Assembly (NCBI GenBank): GCA_963783385.1
Contig: CAWANJ010000009.1
Location: forward strand, 768,001-832,000
Reading direction: 5' to 3'
DNA length: 64,000 nt
Source: an uncultured Gemmatimonadales bacterium
GTDB lineage: Bacteria > Gemmatimonadota > Gemmatimonadetes > Palauibacterales > Palauibacteraceae
Under the pieces are notes generated by a model, which searched no databases, was not told the origin of the DNA, and worked only from the letters and a program-made list of their open reading frames with translations. Below, in pieces: positions 8,520 through 18,032 of this stretch; position 1 is the first letter of the stretch; every line of letters begins with the position of its first letter. A program made the translations under genes and the position numbers.

Positions 8520-10597
8520 CCCGTCGTCCGGACGCAGCCATCCCGCGATCGTTCCCGGCCGCCGGTCTCCTCCTGGCCGCCGGTCTCCTACTGGCCTTCG
8601 CGCTCCTGGTGGGCGTGGCGCGGCCTGCCGCGGCGGCCGGACGCGGCGCGGCCCGGTTCCGGCGCGCCGACACCACGTCGGCCGACACGGCCTCGAGCCG
8701 GTCGGACACGGTCCATCTCCCCGGGCTCGTGGTGACGGCCTACCGGCTGCCTGTGCCGCGGGACGCCGTGGTGAGTGATGTCACGGTCCTCGACTCGGCC
8801 GCCATCCGCCGCAGCGGCGCCATCCACGTGCTCGACCTCCTGCGGCGGGTGCCGGCGGCCACCGTGGTGCAGGGCGGCTCCTGGGGCAGCCCCGCGTCCC
8901 TGTTCCTGCGGGGAGGGGAGAGCAACTACGTCAAGGTCCTGGTGGACGGCGTGCCGGTGAACCAGGCGGGGGGAGACTTCGACTTCTCCACCCTGACCAC
9001 GGCCGGAGTGCGGCGGATCGAGGTCGTCCGCGGGCCCACCAGCGTCCTGTACGGCTCGGACGCCGTGACCGGGGTGATCCAGATCTTCACGAAACGGGGG
9101 GAGGGTCCACCGCGGCTCACGGCGCGGGCGGGGGCGGGGACGTTCGGGAGTCTGGATGGCTCGGTGCACGTCGGGGGCGGGACGCGCGTCGTTCACTACG
9201 GCGCCTCGGTGAGCCGGTTCTCGACGGACGGCACCCTCCCCTTCAACGACGGTTACGGCAACACCACCGCCGCCGGCAGCATTCGCCTGCAGCCCGACTC
9301 CGGGACCCGGGCCACCCTCACCGGCCGCTACGAGGCGTTCACGGCCCACTTCCCGACCGACGGATCGGGACGGATCGTGGACCGGAACCAGTACCGCGAC
9401 GGCCGCAGCTTCGTGCTCGGCCTGTCGGCGACCCGCAGCCTGAGCGGGAAGGTGACCGCGCACCTCCAGGCTGGCACCCACGAGTCCTGGTCGGGGCTGC
9501 ACGACGCGCCCGACGGCCCGGCCGACACCTCGGGCTACTACGCGACGGCGAGCGCGGGCCGGCAGACCCGGCGGGACCTGGATGTTCGGGTGGATGTCCG
9601 GCCCGCGGAAGGGACTACGGTCACGGTCGGCGGCGCATGGGAGCACGAAGCCGGCCTGGACTCCAGCGTCTCCCGGTCCTCCTTCGGACCCTACGAGAGC
9701 CGGCTCGACGCGGGCCGGCACGACCTGGCCGGCTACCTCCAGGTGGTGAGTCGCCCCGTCGCCGGCCTGGCGCTCACGGCCGGCACACGCCTCGACGACG
9801 ACGCGACCTTCGGGCGTTTTGCCACGTGGCGCGCCGGCGCCGCGTATCGGTTCGCGACCGGGACACGGCTCCGGGTAGCGGCCGGCACGGGGTTCAAGGA
9901 GCCCACCTTCCTGGAGAACTTCGGAGGGGGCGGCATCCGCGGGAATCCGGCCCTTGCCCCCGAGCACAGCCGCAGCTGGGAGGTGGGCGTCCGTCAGCCG
10001 CTGGCCTCGGGCCGCCTCACGCTGCACGCCACCTGGTTCGACCAGCGCTTTCGCGACATCATCCAGTTCACCTTCTCGACGCCGACCCCCGACGCCGCCA
10101 ACTACCTCAACGTCCCGAGTGCGGTGGCGCGCGGGCTGGAGACGGGGTTCGAGCTGAGGCCGCTCCCGGACCTCGCCCTCCAGGGGAGCTACACCTACCT
10201 GGACACGAGGGCGCTCGACACCGGCTTCGACACCGGGCCCGAGGCGACCTTCGTGAGGGGTCGCCCCCTGCTCCGCCGACCGACGCATTCCGGGGCGCTG
10301 TCGGCGACCTGGTCGCCGAACGGGCGCGGATCCCTGACCCTGGGCCTCACGGGGGTGGGACCCCGGTGGGATCGCGACTTCTCGGCCGTTCCCGCGGCCC
10401 GGCTCGAGCTTTCCGGCTACCTGCGAACGGACCTGGCGGGGAGCTGGACCCTGGTGCGGACCGGACCGGGACGGCCGGGTCTCCAGGCCACGCTGCGGAT
10501 CGACAACCTGCTGGACCGCCGCTACCTGGAGGCCGTCGGGTATCCCGCCCGCGGTCGGACGATCTTCCTCGGGGCCCGGGCCGGCGTGGCCTTCTGA
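8516..10597 (+). CDS. btuB: TonB-dependent cobalamin receptor (BtuB-like)
   Basis: Signal peptide, plug motifs LRGGESNYVKVLVDGVPVN and RIEVVRGPTSVLYGSDAVTGVIQIFT, C-terminal NLLDRRY..GYPARGR..F; riboswitch context. Confidence 0.85.
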   Translation: MTRRPDAAIPRSFPAAGLLLAAGLLLAFALLVGVARPAAAAGRGAARFRRADTTSADTASSRSDTVHLPGLVVTAYRLPVPRDAVVSDVTVLDSAAIRRSGAIHVLDLLRRVPAATVVQGGSWGSPASLFLRGGESNYVKVLVDGVPVNQAGGDFDFSTLTTAGVRRIEVVRGPTSVLYGSDAVTGVIQIFTKRGEGPPRLTARAGAGTFGSLDGSVHVGGGTRVVHYGASVSRFSTDGTLPFNDGYGNTTAAGSIRLQPDSGTRATLTGRYEAFTAHFPTDGSGRIVDRNQYRDGRSFVLGLSATRSLSGKVTAHLQAGTHESWSGLHDAPDGPADTSGYYATASAGRQTRRDLDVRVDVRPAEGTTVTVGGAWEHEAGLDSSVSRSSFGPYESRLDAGRHDLAGYLQVVSRPVAGLALTAGTRLDDDATFGRFATWRAGAAYRFATGTRLRVAAGTGFKEPTFLENFGGGGIRGNPALAPEHSRSWEVGVRQPLASGRLTLHATWFDQRFRDIIQFTFSTPTPDAANYLNVPSAVARGLETGFELRPLPDLALQGSYTYLDTRALDTGFDTGPEATFVRGRPLLRRPTHSGALSATWSPNGRGSLTLGLTGVGPRWDRDFSAVPAARLELSGYLRTDLAGSWTLVRTGPGRPGLQATLRIDNLLDRRYLEAVGYPARGRTIFLGARAGVAF

Positions 10598-10607
10598 GCG
10601 GCCCCGA

Positions 10608-11888
10608 TCAGCCGGAGACGCGCTCCAGGCAGGCGCGGGCGCTGCGGGCCGGCTCCGAGTCCGGACCGAGGGCCTCCTCGAAGATGGTCACGGCGCGGTC
10701 GTAGGCGTCGATCGCCTCCGGGATCTGACCGAGGTCCTCGAGGTGCAGGCCGAGCCCGAGCAGCTTCTGGCCCACGCCGGGATGGCCGGCCCCGTAGCGA
10801 CGGATATCGGCCTCCAGGCTGTGCCGGTAAAGATCCGTCGCCTCCTCCGTCGAGCCCGTCTCCCGAAGCGCGTCGGCCAGGATCCAGGCCGCGCGGCTCA
10901 CGAGCTCGGGCTCGTCGCGCTCGTAGATCTCCTCGAGCGCCGCGGCGGCTCGGCTCACGGCCTCGTCGGCCTCTCCCTCGCCGAGGGCGAGCTCGGCCAG
11001 GGCCAGCCTGGCCTCTACGAGGAGGGGACGCGCGGCGGGTGACTCGGCCAATTTGGCGAGCTCCAGCGCGCGCACGAGCGCTTCGCGGGACCCGTCGGCA
11101 TCGCCGGCCTGGCGGAGAGTGCGGCCCACGTTGAGGAGAAAGACGGGGATCTGGGGTGCGCCCTCGGGGAGAGCCTCCTCGGCCAGCCTCAGCGCGCGCC
11201 GCGCCTCCTCCCGCGCGTCCTCCAGCCGGTCGAGCTCGACGAGGACCGCGGCATGCTCGTCAGCCAGCACGGCACGGATCGGTCCGTCCAGCAGCCCCCC
11301 TCCAGCCCCGCCTTCGGCGAGCGCGATGGCCCGCGCCAGGGCCCTGCGGGCCTGTTCCGGATCTCCCGAGAGGCCATGGAACGACCCGACGCGGCCGAGG
11401 AGATGCGCCGCGCGGGCCGTGGAGCTCCCGCCCCCCGTCACGTGCCCGGCGGCCGCCTCGATGGCGGGCGCCAGGGCTTCGCTTCGGCCCGTGTCCTCCG
11501 GCTGGCCGATTCGCTCCGGAAAGCCGCGGTCCAGGACGGACAGCGCCAGCCCCGCGAACCGGCTGCGCTCGACTCCGGTCATCGACTCCCGAACGGCGGA
11601 GCCGACCTCCGGCGGCACCCGCACCTCCGCGGCCTCGACCAGGACGAGATGCCGTCCGGCCAGCCTTCGAGCCGGGGCGTCGAGCGCCTCGGCGCCGGCC
11701 GCGGCCACGGCCGCGAGGGGCGGTGGCAGCAGGTCGTGACCCTCCGCGAACAGCCACAGCGGGACCGGACCGGCACCCATGAACGCCAGGATGGCCAGCA
11801 GCTGGCCGTCCTCGTCGGCAGCCTCGCTTCCGCCGGCCGGAGCCGTTCCCGCTCCGCCGCCCGGAGCATCCATCTCCGCGTCGCTCAT
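10608..11888 (-). CDS. Tetratricopeptide-repeat protein
   Basis: TPR-like helices (YGAGHPGVGQKLLGLG..EAIDAYDRAVTIFEEALGPD); ATG 11888 preceded by GGGAGG. Confidence 0.75.
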   Translation of the reverse strand: MSDAEMDAPGGGAGTAPAGGSEAADEDGQLLAILAFMGAGPVPLWLFAEGHDLLPPPLAAVAAAGAEALDAPARRLAGRHLVLVEAAEVRVPPEVGSAVRESMTGVERSRFAGLALSVLDRGFPERIGQPEDTGRSEALAPAIEAAAGHVTGGGSSTARAAHLLGRVGSFHGLSGDPEQARRALARAIALAEGGAGGGLLDGPIRAVLADEHAAVLVELDRLEDAREEARRALRLAEEALPEGAPQIPVFLLNVGRTLRQAGDADGSREALVRALELAKLAESPAARPLLVEARLALAELALGEGEADEAVSRAAAALEEIYERDEPELVSRAAWILADALRETGSTEEATDLYRHSLEADIRRYGAGHPGVGQKLLGLGLHLEDLGQIPEAIDAYDRAVTIFEEALGPDSEPARSARACLERVSG

Positions 11889-12004
11889 GCGCCTCCCTCG
11901 TGTTCGATTCCCCGCCGGGTTCATCCTCGCACGGCGCGCCTTCGGCCGCTAGCTTCCCGCCCGCCCGACCGCACGTCACGCCGCCGGTACCCCGACGAGG
12001 AAAC

Positions 12005-13042
12005 ATGAACGATCGACTGCTCCGGGCCCTCCGTCGCGAGCCCGTCGACCGGACGCCCGTTTGGTTCATGAGACAGGCCGGCCGCTCCCTACCGCGCTAC
12101 CGGCAGATCCGTGGAGAGCGCAGCATGGCGGACATCCTCCGCGACCCGCCCACCGCCGCCGACGTCACGGCTCTGCCGCTCGAGTACTACCCGGTGGACG
12201 CGGCGGTCCTGTTCGCCGACCTGTCCACGCCGTTCGAGGCGGCCGGGCTCCGGGTCCGTATGGTGGAGGGCGTGGGGCCGGTGGTGGACGACCCGATCGA
12301 GTCGCCCTCGGACATCGACCGCCTGCACGCGTTCGACGCCCGGGACGAGCTTGGCCACATCCTCGAGCAGATCCGCATCCTGGTGCCGAGGCTGGACGTC
12401 CCCGTGATCGGGTTCGTCGGAGCCCCGCTCACGCTGTGCTCCTACCTGATCCGCGGTCCGCGGTCGCGCAACCTCGAGGAGACGAAGGCCTTCCTGTGGA
12501 GCGAGCCGGCCGCCGCCGATCGCCTGCTCGCGTTCTGGGCCGAGCAGCTGGCCGGCTTCGCGGTGGCGCAGCACGAGGCAGGCGCCGCGGCCATCCAGGT
12601 GTTCGACTCCTGGGCCGGGGCGCTGGAGCCCGACCTGTACGCGTCCCGCGTCCTGCCCCATTCGCGGGCCCTGCTGGAGCGCCTTCGGGAGGCCGGGGTC
12701 CCCTCCATCCATTTCGCCACCGGCAACCCCCGTCTGCTGCCGCTCGTGGCCGCCGCGGGCGGCGACGCCCTCGGGGTGGACTGGCGTCTCCCGATCGACG
12801 AGGCGTGGGCCGTCGCCGGTCCCGCGCGGGCCGTGCAGGGCAACCTGGACCCGGCCGCCCTGCTGGCCGGGGAGGGCGTGGCCCGGGAGCGGACGCGCGA
12901 CGTGATGGAGCGCGTCGGCCGGCGTCCGGGACACATCTTCAACCTGGGGCATGGCATGCTGCCGGACACCGACCCGGCCGTCGCCCGGGCCGTCGTGGAC
13001 GAAGTCCACGCCTTCGAACCCGCGCCGCGCCCCCAAGTCTGA
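12005..13042 (+). CDS. hemE: Uroporphyrinogen decarboxylase
   Basis: PVWFMRQAGR, IGFVGAPLTL, IQVFDSWAG, QGNLDP, HIFNLGHG. Confidence 0.96.
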   Translation: MNDRLLRALRREPVDRTPVWFMRQAGRSLPRYRQIRGERSMADILRDPPTAADVTALPLEYYPVDAAVLFADLSTPFEAAGLRVRMVEGVGPVVDDPIESPSDIDRLHAFDARDELGHILEQIRILVPRLDVPVIGFVGAPLTLCSYLIRGPRSRNLEETKAFLWSEPAAADRLLAFWAEQLAGFAVAQHEAGAAAIQVFDSWAGALEPDLYASRVLPHSRALLERLREAGVPSIHFATGNPRLLPLVAAAGGDALGVDWRLPIDEAWAVAGPARAVQGNLDPAALLAGEGVARERTRDVMERVGRRPGHIFNLGHGMLPDTDPAVARAVVDEVHAFEPAPRPQV

Positions 13043-13069
13043 ACACTTCATAATAAACTGGAGATTGGC

Positions 13070-14137
13070 ATGCGTATCGGTGTGCTGCTGCTGAACTTCG
13101 GTGAGCCATCCACGGTGGAGGAGCAGGAGGTGCTCCCTTACCTCGAACGCATCTTCCTCGCCAACGCTTCCCTCGAGGCGGACGAGCGCGAGGTTCGCCG
13201 TCGCAGTCGAGAGCTGGCGGAGCGGAGGACGCCCGGGCTGATCGCCGAGTACCGGGCCATCGGAGGCTCGCCGCTGCGAGCCCAGGCGGAGGCGCAGGCC
13301 GAGGCGCTCGGGGAGGAGCTCCGGCGACGCGGCCACGACGCCGTGTCGCTGGTCGGCATGCAGTTCACCTCGCCCTCGATCGCCGACGCGGTGCAGCAAG
13401 CCATGGCGGCTGGCGCCGACCGGCTCGTGGGACTCCCCGTCTACCCGCTGTGCGGACGCTCGACCACGATCGCGGCGCTGGAGAGCCTGGCGGCCGCGGC
13501 CGGCAGGCTCGGCTGGGACGGCCCTCGGCTCGAGATCACCGGCTGGCACCGGCATCCCGACTACCTGGCGCTGCGAGCCGAGGCGATCAGGCGCTGCGCG
13601 CGCTCGGGCGGGATCGACCTGGCCGATCCCTCGGTACGGCTCGTGTTCTCGGCGCATGGCACCCCGCTCCGCTACCTAAATGACGGGACGCGCTACGACC
13701 TGTACGTGCGCGACTACTGCCGCGCGGTGGCCCGGCTCGCGGGAGCCAGCGACTGGCTACTCGGGTTCCAGAACCACGGAAACCGCTCCATTCCATGGAC
13801 GGAGCCCGAGATCGACCAGGTCGTGCGTGGTGTGGAGGCGGACACCATCGTGGTGGACGCTCCGAGCTTCATGCACGAGCAATCCGAGACGCTCTCGGAG
13901 CTCGACATCGAGTTGCGGGAGGTGGCCGAGACGGCGGGCGTGGCGTTCCACCGCGTGCCGGTCCCCCACGCCGACCCCCGCTTCCCCTCCCTGCTCTCCG
14001 ACCTGGTCGAGGCCGTCCTGGCGGACGGCGAGCTGCCCGCCGAGCTCGAAGCTCCGCGCCTCGGAGCGTGCCGCTGCCGGGGGGCGGACGGGGCGCGCTG
14101 CCTGAACGCCGACCTGGAGCGCGACACCGCCGCCTGA
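13070..14137 (+). CDS. hemH: Ferrochelatase (HemH/CpfC)
   Basis: GVLLLNFGEP, YRAIGGSPL, VFSAHGTP, WTEP, SFMHEQSETLSELDIE. Confidence 0.93.
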   Translation: MRIGVLLLNFGEPSTVEEQEVLPYLERIFLANASLEADEREVRRRSRELAERRTPGLIAEYRAIGGSPLRAQAEAQAEALGEELRRRGHDAVSLVGMQFTSPSIADAVQQAMAAGADRLVGLPVYPLCGRSTTIAALESLAAAAGRLGWDGPRLEITGWHRHPDYLALRAEAIRRCARSGGIDLADPSVRLVFSAHGTPLRYLNDGTRYDLYVRDYCRAVARLAGASDWLLGFQNHGNRSIPWTEPEIDQVVRGVEADTIVVDAPSFMHEQSETLSELDIELREVAETAGVAFHRVPVPHADPRFPSLLSDLVEAVLADGELPAELEAPRLGACRCRGADGARCLNADLERDTAA

Positions 14138-14146
14138 GCCGAGCCG

Positions 14147-15490
14147 CTACGAGGCGGCGGGCGCGAGCCGCTCGGCCAGGCGCGCGGCCTGGGAGAGCCG
14201 ACCGGGGATCCCGGGGCGCTCCGACCAGGCCGCACACACCGTGAGCCCCCGCGGAAGGTCGAGCGCGCCCGCGCCCTTCCACGTCCGGTCCCACGCGGGC
14301 ATCCACACCCGGCTGACCAGCATGGGCCGTGCCGGCTCGCCCGTGATGCGCGCGAACTCGTCCGCCGCCAGCGCGGCCGCCGCCTCCTCCTCCAGGTCGG
14401 CCACCTCCTCCCGTCCGGCCCCTCCCAGGAAGGCGGTGTACACCCCTTCCCGAGCCGCCCGCGCTTCCCGCTCGCGGGCCGGCGCCTCCGGGTCGGGCCC
14501 GAACGCCGGCGCGTTCCAGGTCAGGCCCCGCGTCGCCAGGTCCCGCTCGGCCAGGGACACCTGGCAGCCCAGCCCCGGCAGGACACGGTCGGCGAGCAGG
14601 TGGACGACGACCAGGCGGTTGTAGGTCAGGGCCCCAATGCGCCGCGCCGCCGCCGGCGCCACCTCCCGCAGCAGGGGCGCCGCCTCGGGCGCCGGCACGG
14701 TGATGGCGACGCGGTCCGCCCGCACCGCCCACGCGGAGGCGCCGCTCCCCCCGATCGTCACCCGCCAGCCTCCGTTCTCCCGCGCCAGGGCGGTCACGCG
14801 GGCCTGGAGCTTCACCCGGTCGCCGAGCGAGCGGGCCATGGCGCGCGGCAGCGCGGCCATCCCCTCCCGGAAGGTCGCCGGGGGCGGCACCTCGCCCCTT
14901 CGACGCGCCAGTCCGAGGACGGCCAGCCCCAGGCTCCGACCCACCCCGAACCGCCGGAGGACGTGACCGAGGGAGGCCTCCACGAGCATCTCGGCCGGGT
15001 TCGAGCCGTACAGGCCGCCATACAGGGGCCCGACCAGGTTCTCGTACGCCTCGCGGCCCAGCTTGCGGGTGAGGTAGTGGGCCACCGTCTCGCCGGGCCG
15101 GGCGCCCCCGGTGAGGGGCTCCGCCAGCAGCCGGAGCTTTCCGGCCGTGGACAGGAGGTCGGTGCGCAGCAGCCCCCGGGCGGAGAACGGGACCTCGCCG
15201 AGGCGTCCGTCCCGGTACACGAACAGCGGAAGCTCGCCGGGTGACAGGAGAAGCTCGTCTCCCAGCCCCAGCTCCTCGACCAGCTCGCCCACGGCGCCCG
15301 AGGGCCGGATACGCTGGGGTCCGAGCTCCAGGAGACGGCCCTCCCGCGCCTCGGTCCACGTGACCCCTCCGGGGCGGTCCGACGCTTCCAGGACGAGCAC
15401 GTCGGTACCGCGAGCGCCGAGGTCCCGGCCCAGGGCCAGGCCGCTGATGCCTCCTCCCACGATCGCGACGTCGGTCCGCACATCAGGCAT
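14147..15490 (-). CDS. hemY: HemY-type proto/coproporphyrinogen oxidase (FAD)
   Basis: IVGGGISGL Rossmann motif, LEASDRPGG, LELGP, GPLYGGLYG; next to hemE/hemH. Confidence 0.85.
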   Translation of the reverse strand: MPDVRTDVAIVGGGISGLALGRDLGARGTDVLVLEASDRPGGVTWTEAREGRLLELGPQRIRPSGAVGELVEELGLGDELLLSPGELPLFVYRDGRLGEVPFSARGLLRTDLLSTAGKLRLLAEPLTGGARPGETVAHYLTRKLGREAYENLVGPLYGGLYGSNPAEMLVEASLGHVLRRFGVGRSLGLAVLGLARRRGEVPPPATFREGMAALPRAMARSLGDRVKLQARVTALARENGGWRVTIGGSGASAWAVRADRVAITVPAPEAAPLLREVAPAAARRIGALTYNRLVVVHLLADRVLPGLGCQVSLAERDLATRGLTWNAPAFGPDPEAPAREREARAAREGVYTAFLGGAGREEVADLEEEAAAALAADEFARITGEPARPMLVSRVWMPAWDRTWKGAGALDLPRGLTVCAAWSERPGIPGRLSQAARLAERLAPAAS

Positions 15491-16745
15491 CGGCTCGATC
15501 ACCCCTCGTCTCCGGTGCGTATCGGTACACGATCCAGGCCGCGAGCAGCGCGAGGGCCGCTCCCAACAGGAAGGGCGACTCGAAGCTGACCAGGGCCAGC
15601 AGGCCCGCCAGCAGAGGGCCGAGCGCGATGCCGAGCCCGAAGCCCATGGTGAGGACGCTGAGCTGCCTCCCCTCGCCCCCCGCCGTGGACAGGTCTCCGG
15701 CCAGCGCGAAGGCCGGCGCCGCCACGGCCGCCGAGGCGAGCCCCTGGGCCAGCCGCACGCCGGTGAGCTGCAGGGTCGAGGCGGCCACGCCGAGGAGGGC
15801 CGTGGTCGGGGCCAGGAACAGGAGACCGATGATGATCAGGGGACGGCGCCCCAGTCGGTCCGAGAGCGATCCGAGGGGCACCTGGGAGAGGAGACGGCTC
15901 ACGGTGAGGGCGCTGAACGCCACGCCGAAGCCGACCGCGGACTGGTGCAGCCGCTGGTTGAAGGCGTTCTCGAGGGTCGACATCATCGCGATCGTGGCGG
16001 CCATCACGAACATGGCGCCTCCCAGCGACAGCAGGCCGGGGGACAGGAGCGCCGGGTCGAACACGCGGAACTCGCCTCCGGCCGCCTCGTCGCGCTCGGC
16101 CGGCGGGTCCTCCACCCACGCCTGGACCGCCACCAGCCCGGCCACGATGAACGCGGTACCTGTCAGGAAGGCGGCCGAGAATCCGAAGTGCACTTCGATG
16201 AGGCCGCCGATGAGCGGCCCGACGGCGAAGCCGACCATTCGAAACGTCGTGAACACGCCCATGGCGCCGCCGCGGGTCTTCGGCTCGGTGACCGCCGTCA
16301 TGATCGCCATCGAAGCGGGTATGGTCAGGGCGAAGCCGATCCCCTGGAAGGCGCGGATGATCAGGAGATCGCGGTAGCGTGTGGCCAGAACGAAGGCCGC
16401 GGTCGCGCAGGCCATCACCGCCAGCCCGATCTGGATGAACAGCTTGCGTCGGCCCGTCCGATCGCTGAGGGCGCCGGTGAGCGGCTGAGCGGCCGCGTTC
16501 ACCAGGCCGTAGAGCGCGATGAGGATCCCGACCAGGACCGACCGGGGCAACCGGAACCAGGGCGCCGGGAGCCGTGCCACGTACAGCGGGATGACGATGA
16601 TCAGGATGCTGTTCCCGATCCCGTCGCCCAGCCGGGCGACCGACAGGGCCAGGACGGCCCGGTTCGCCCCCAGCCGTATCCTCAGCCGCTCCAGCGCCCT
16701 CCTCGCGTCCGACACGGGCCCCGCGAAGCGCAAGGACTCTGCCAC
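15483..16745 (-). CDS. MFS transporter
   Basis: Motif A twice (GALSDRTGRRK, GSLSDRLGRR); multiple TM helices. Confidence 0.9.
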   Translation of the reverse strand: MAESLRFAGPVSDARRALERLRIRLGANRAVLALSVARLGDGIGNSILIIVIPLYVARLPAPWFRLPRSVLVGILIALYGLVNAAAQPLTGALSDRTGRRKLFIQIGLAVMACATAAFVLATRYRDLLIIRAFQGIGFALTIPASMAIMTAVTEPKTRGGAMGVFTTFRMVGFAVGPLIGGLIEVHFGFSAAFLTGTAFIVAGLVAVQAWVEDPPAERDEAAGGEFRVFDPALLSPGLLSLGGAMFVMAATIAMMSTLENAFNQRLHQSAVGFGVAFSALTVSRLLSQVPLGSLSDRLGRRPLIIIGLLFLAPTTALLGVAASTLQLTGVRLAQGLASAAVAAPAFALAGDLSTAGGEGRQLSVLTMGFGLGIALGPLLAGLLALVSFESPFLLGAALALLAAWIVYRYAPETRGDRADA

Positions 16746-16837
16746 GTTCGGGGGGACGCTGCCGGGCCCCGTGCGCGGCCGGGAGCCCGCGCGCCGGGGT
16801 CCCGACCGGGCCCGCGGACGAAGCGATCAGCCGCCGC

Positions 16838-17866
16838 TCACGTGCCGGACTCACCATCGACGTCCGGCTCGTCTTCGGCCACGCGGCGGCGGGCCCGACG
16901 GGCGAGCGCCTCCTTGTCCAGGTGGCGCTCGATCTCCTCGGCCGACCCGGCTCCCTCCCCCGCTGCACGGGACGGCTCCACGGCCCCCGCCGGCAGCTCC
17001 GGCGTGCTTCCCTCGGCCAGAGCCTTCGGGGAGGCCGCCTCCACCTGTCCCGGCGCGTCCGCGGCGCCGCCCTTCTCCGCCGACGTGCCGGCGGCCCCGG
17101 TCCGCTTCCCGAACAGGCCCTGCAGCGGTCCGGAGAACAGGTCGATCGGCAGCGGGAACAGCGTGGTGGAGTTGTTCTCCGCCGCGATCTCCGAGGCCGT
17201 CTGGAGGAAGCGCAGCTGAAGCGAAGCGGGCTCCTGGCTGAGCAGGCCCGCGGCGTCCCGGAGCTTGATGGCGGCCTGGAACTCGCCCTCGGCGCTGATG
17301 ACCTTGGCCCGCCGCTCCCGCTCGGCCTCCGCCTGCCGGGCCATGGCGCGCTTCATCTCCTGCGGCAGGTCCACGTCCTTGACCTCCACGCCGGTCACGT
17401 CGATGCCCCACGGATCCGTGCCCTCGTCGATGATGTCGCGCAGGATCTCGTTGAACCTCTCGCGCTCGGCCAGCAGGTGGTCGAGGTCCGCCTGACCGAT
17501 GACCGAGCGCAGCGTGGTCTGGGCCAGCTGCGAGGTCGCGAACAGGTAGTCCTCGATCTCGAGCACCGCCTTGAGCGGGTCCGCGACCTTGAAGTACAGG
17601 ACGGCGTTCACCTTGACGGACACGTTGTCCCGCGTGATCACGTCCTGCGGAGGGATGTCCATGGCGATGACGCGCAGGCTCACGCGCTCCATGCGCTCCA
17701 CCGCGAAGGGCACCATGAAGATCAGGCCGGGACCGCGCAGCGGTCGCACGCGTCCCAGGCGAAACACGACGGCTCGCTCGTACTCCTTGAGGACGCGCAG
17801 GCTCGTGGACACGGCCAGCGCGCCGCCGAAGGCGATGATCGCGTAGAGGATCTCCATGGAGTCCAT
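16838..17866 (-). CDS. SPFH/slipin (stomatin-like) protein with low-complexity C-terminal tail
   Basis: [53 protein letters not shown]. Confidence 0.92.
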   Translation of the reverse strand: MDSMEILYAIIAFGGALAVSTSLRVLKEYERAVVFRLGRVRPLRGPGLIFMVPFAVERMERVSLRVIAMDIPPQDVITRDNVSVKVNAVLYFKVADPLKAVLEIEDYLFATSQLAQTTLRSVIGQADLDHLLAERERFNEILRDIIDEGTDPWGIDVTGVEVKDVDLPQEMKRAMARQAEAERERRAKVISAEGEFQAAIKLRDAAGLLSQEPASLQLRFLQTASEIAAENNSTTLFPLPIDLFSGPLQGLFGKRTGAAGTSAEKGGAADAPGQVEAASPKALAEGSTPELPAGAVEPSRAAGEGAGSAEEIERHLDKEALARRARRRVAEDEPDVDGESGT

Positions 17867-18032
17867 CACCGGAGGTTGGGGGGCGCAGAGGCTCCTCGAC
17901 TCACCAACAGTAGCACGGGCGGGGATCGCTCCACAAAGAGGCGGCGCGGTGGCGGGGACGGCGGCGGTTCGACAAGCTACGTTCCGTTGCGACCGAAGCC
18001 CCTCACTTCGCACTCCCCGGAGGACGGACAGC

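Noticed and set aside
8568-8603. Tandem 18-bp repeat GCCGCCGGTCTCCT(C/A)CTG
   Set aside because: Two copies encoding AAGLLL in the signal peptide; a local duplication, not a CRISPR array or mobile repeat.
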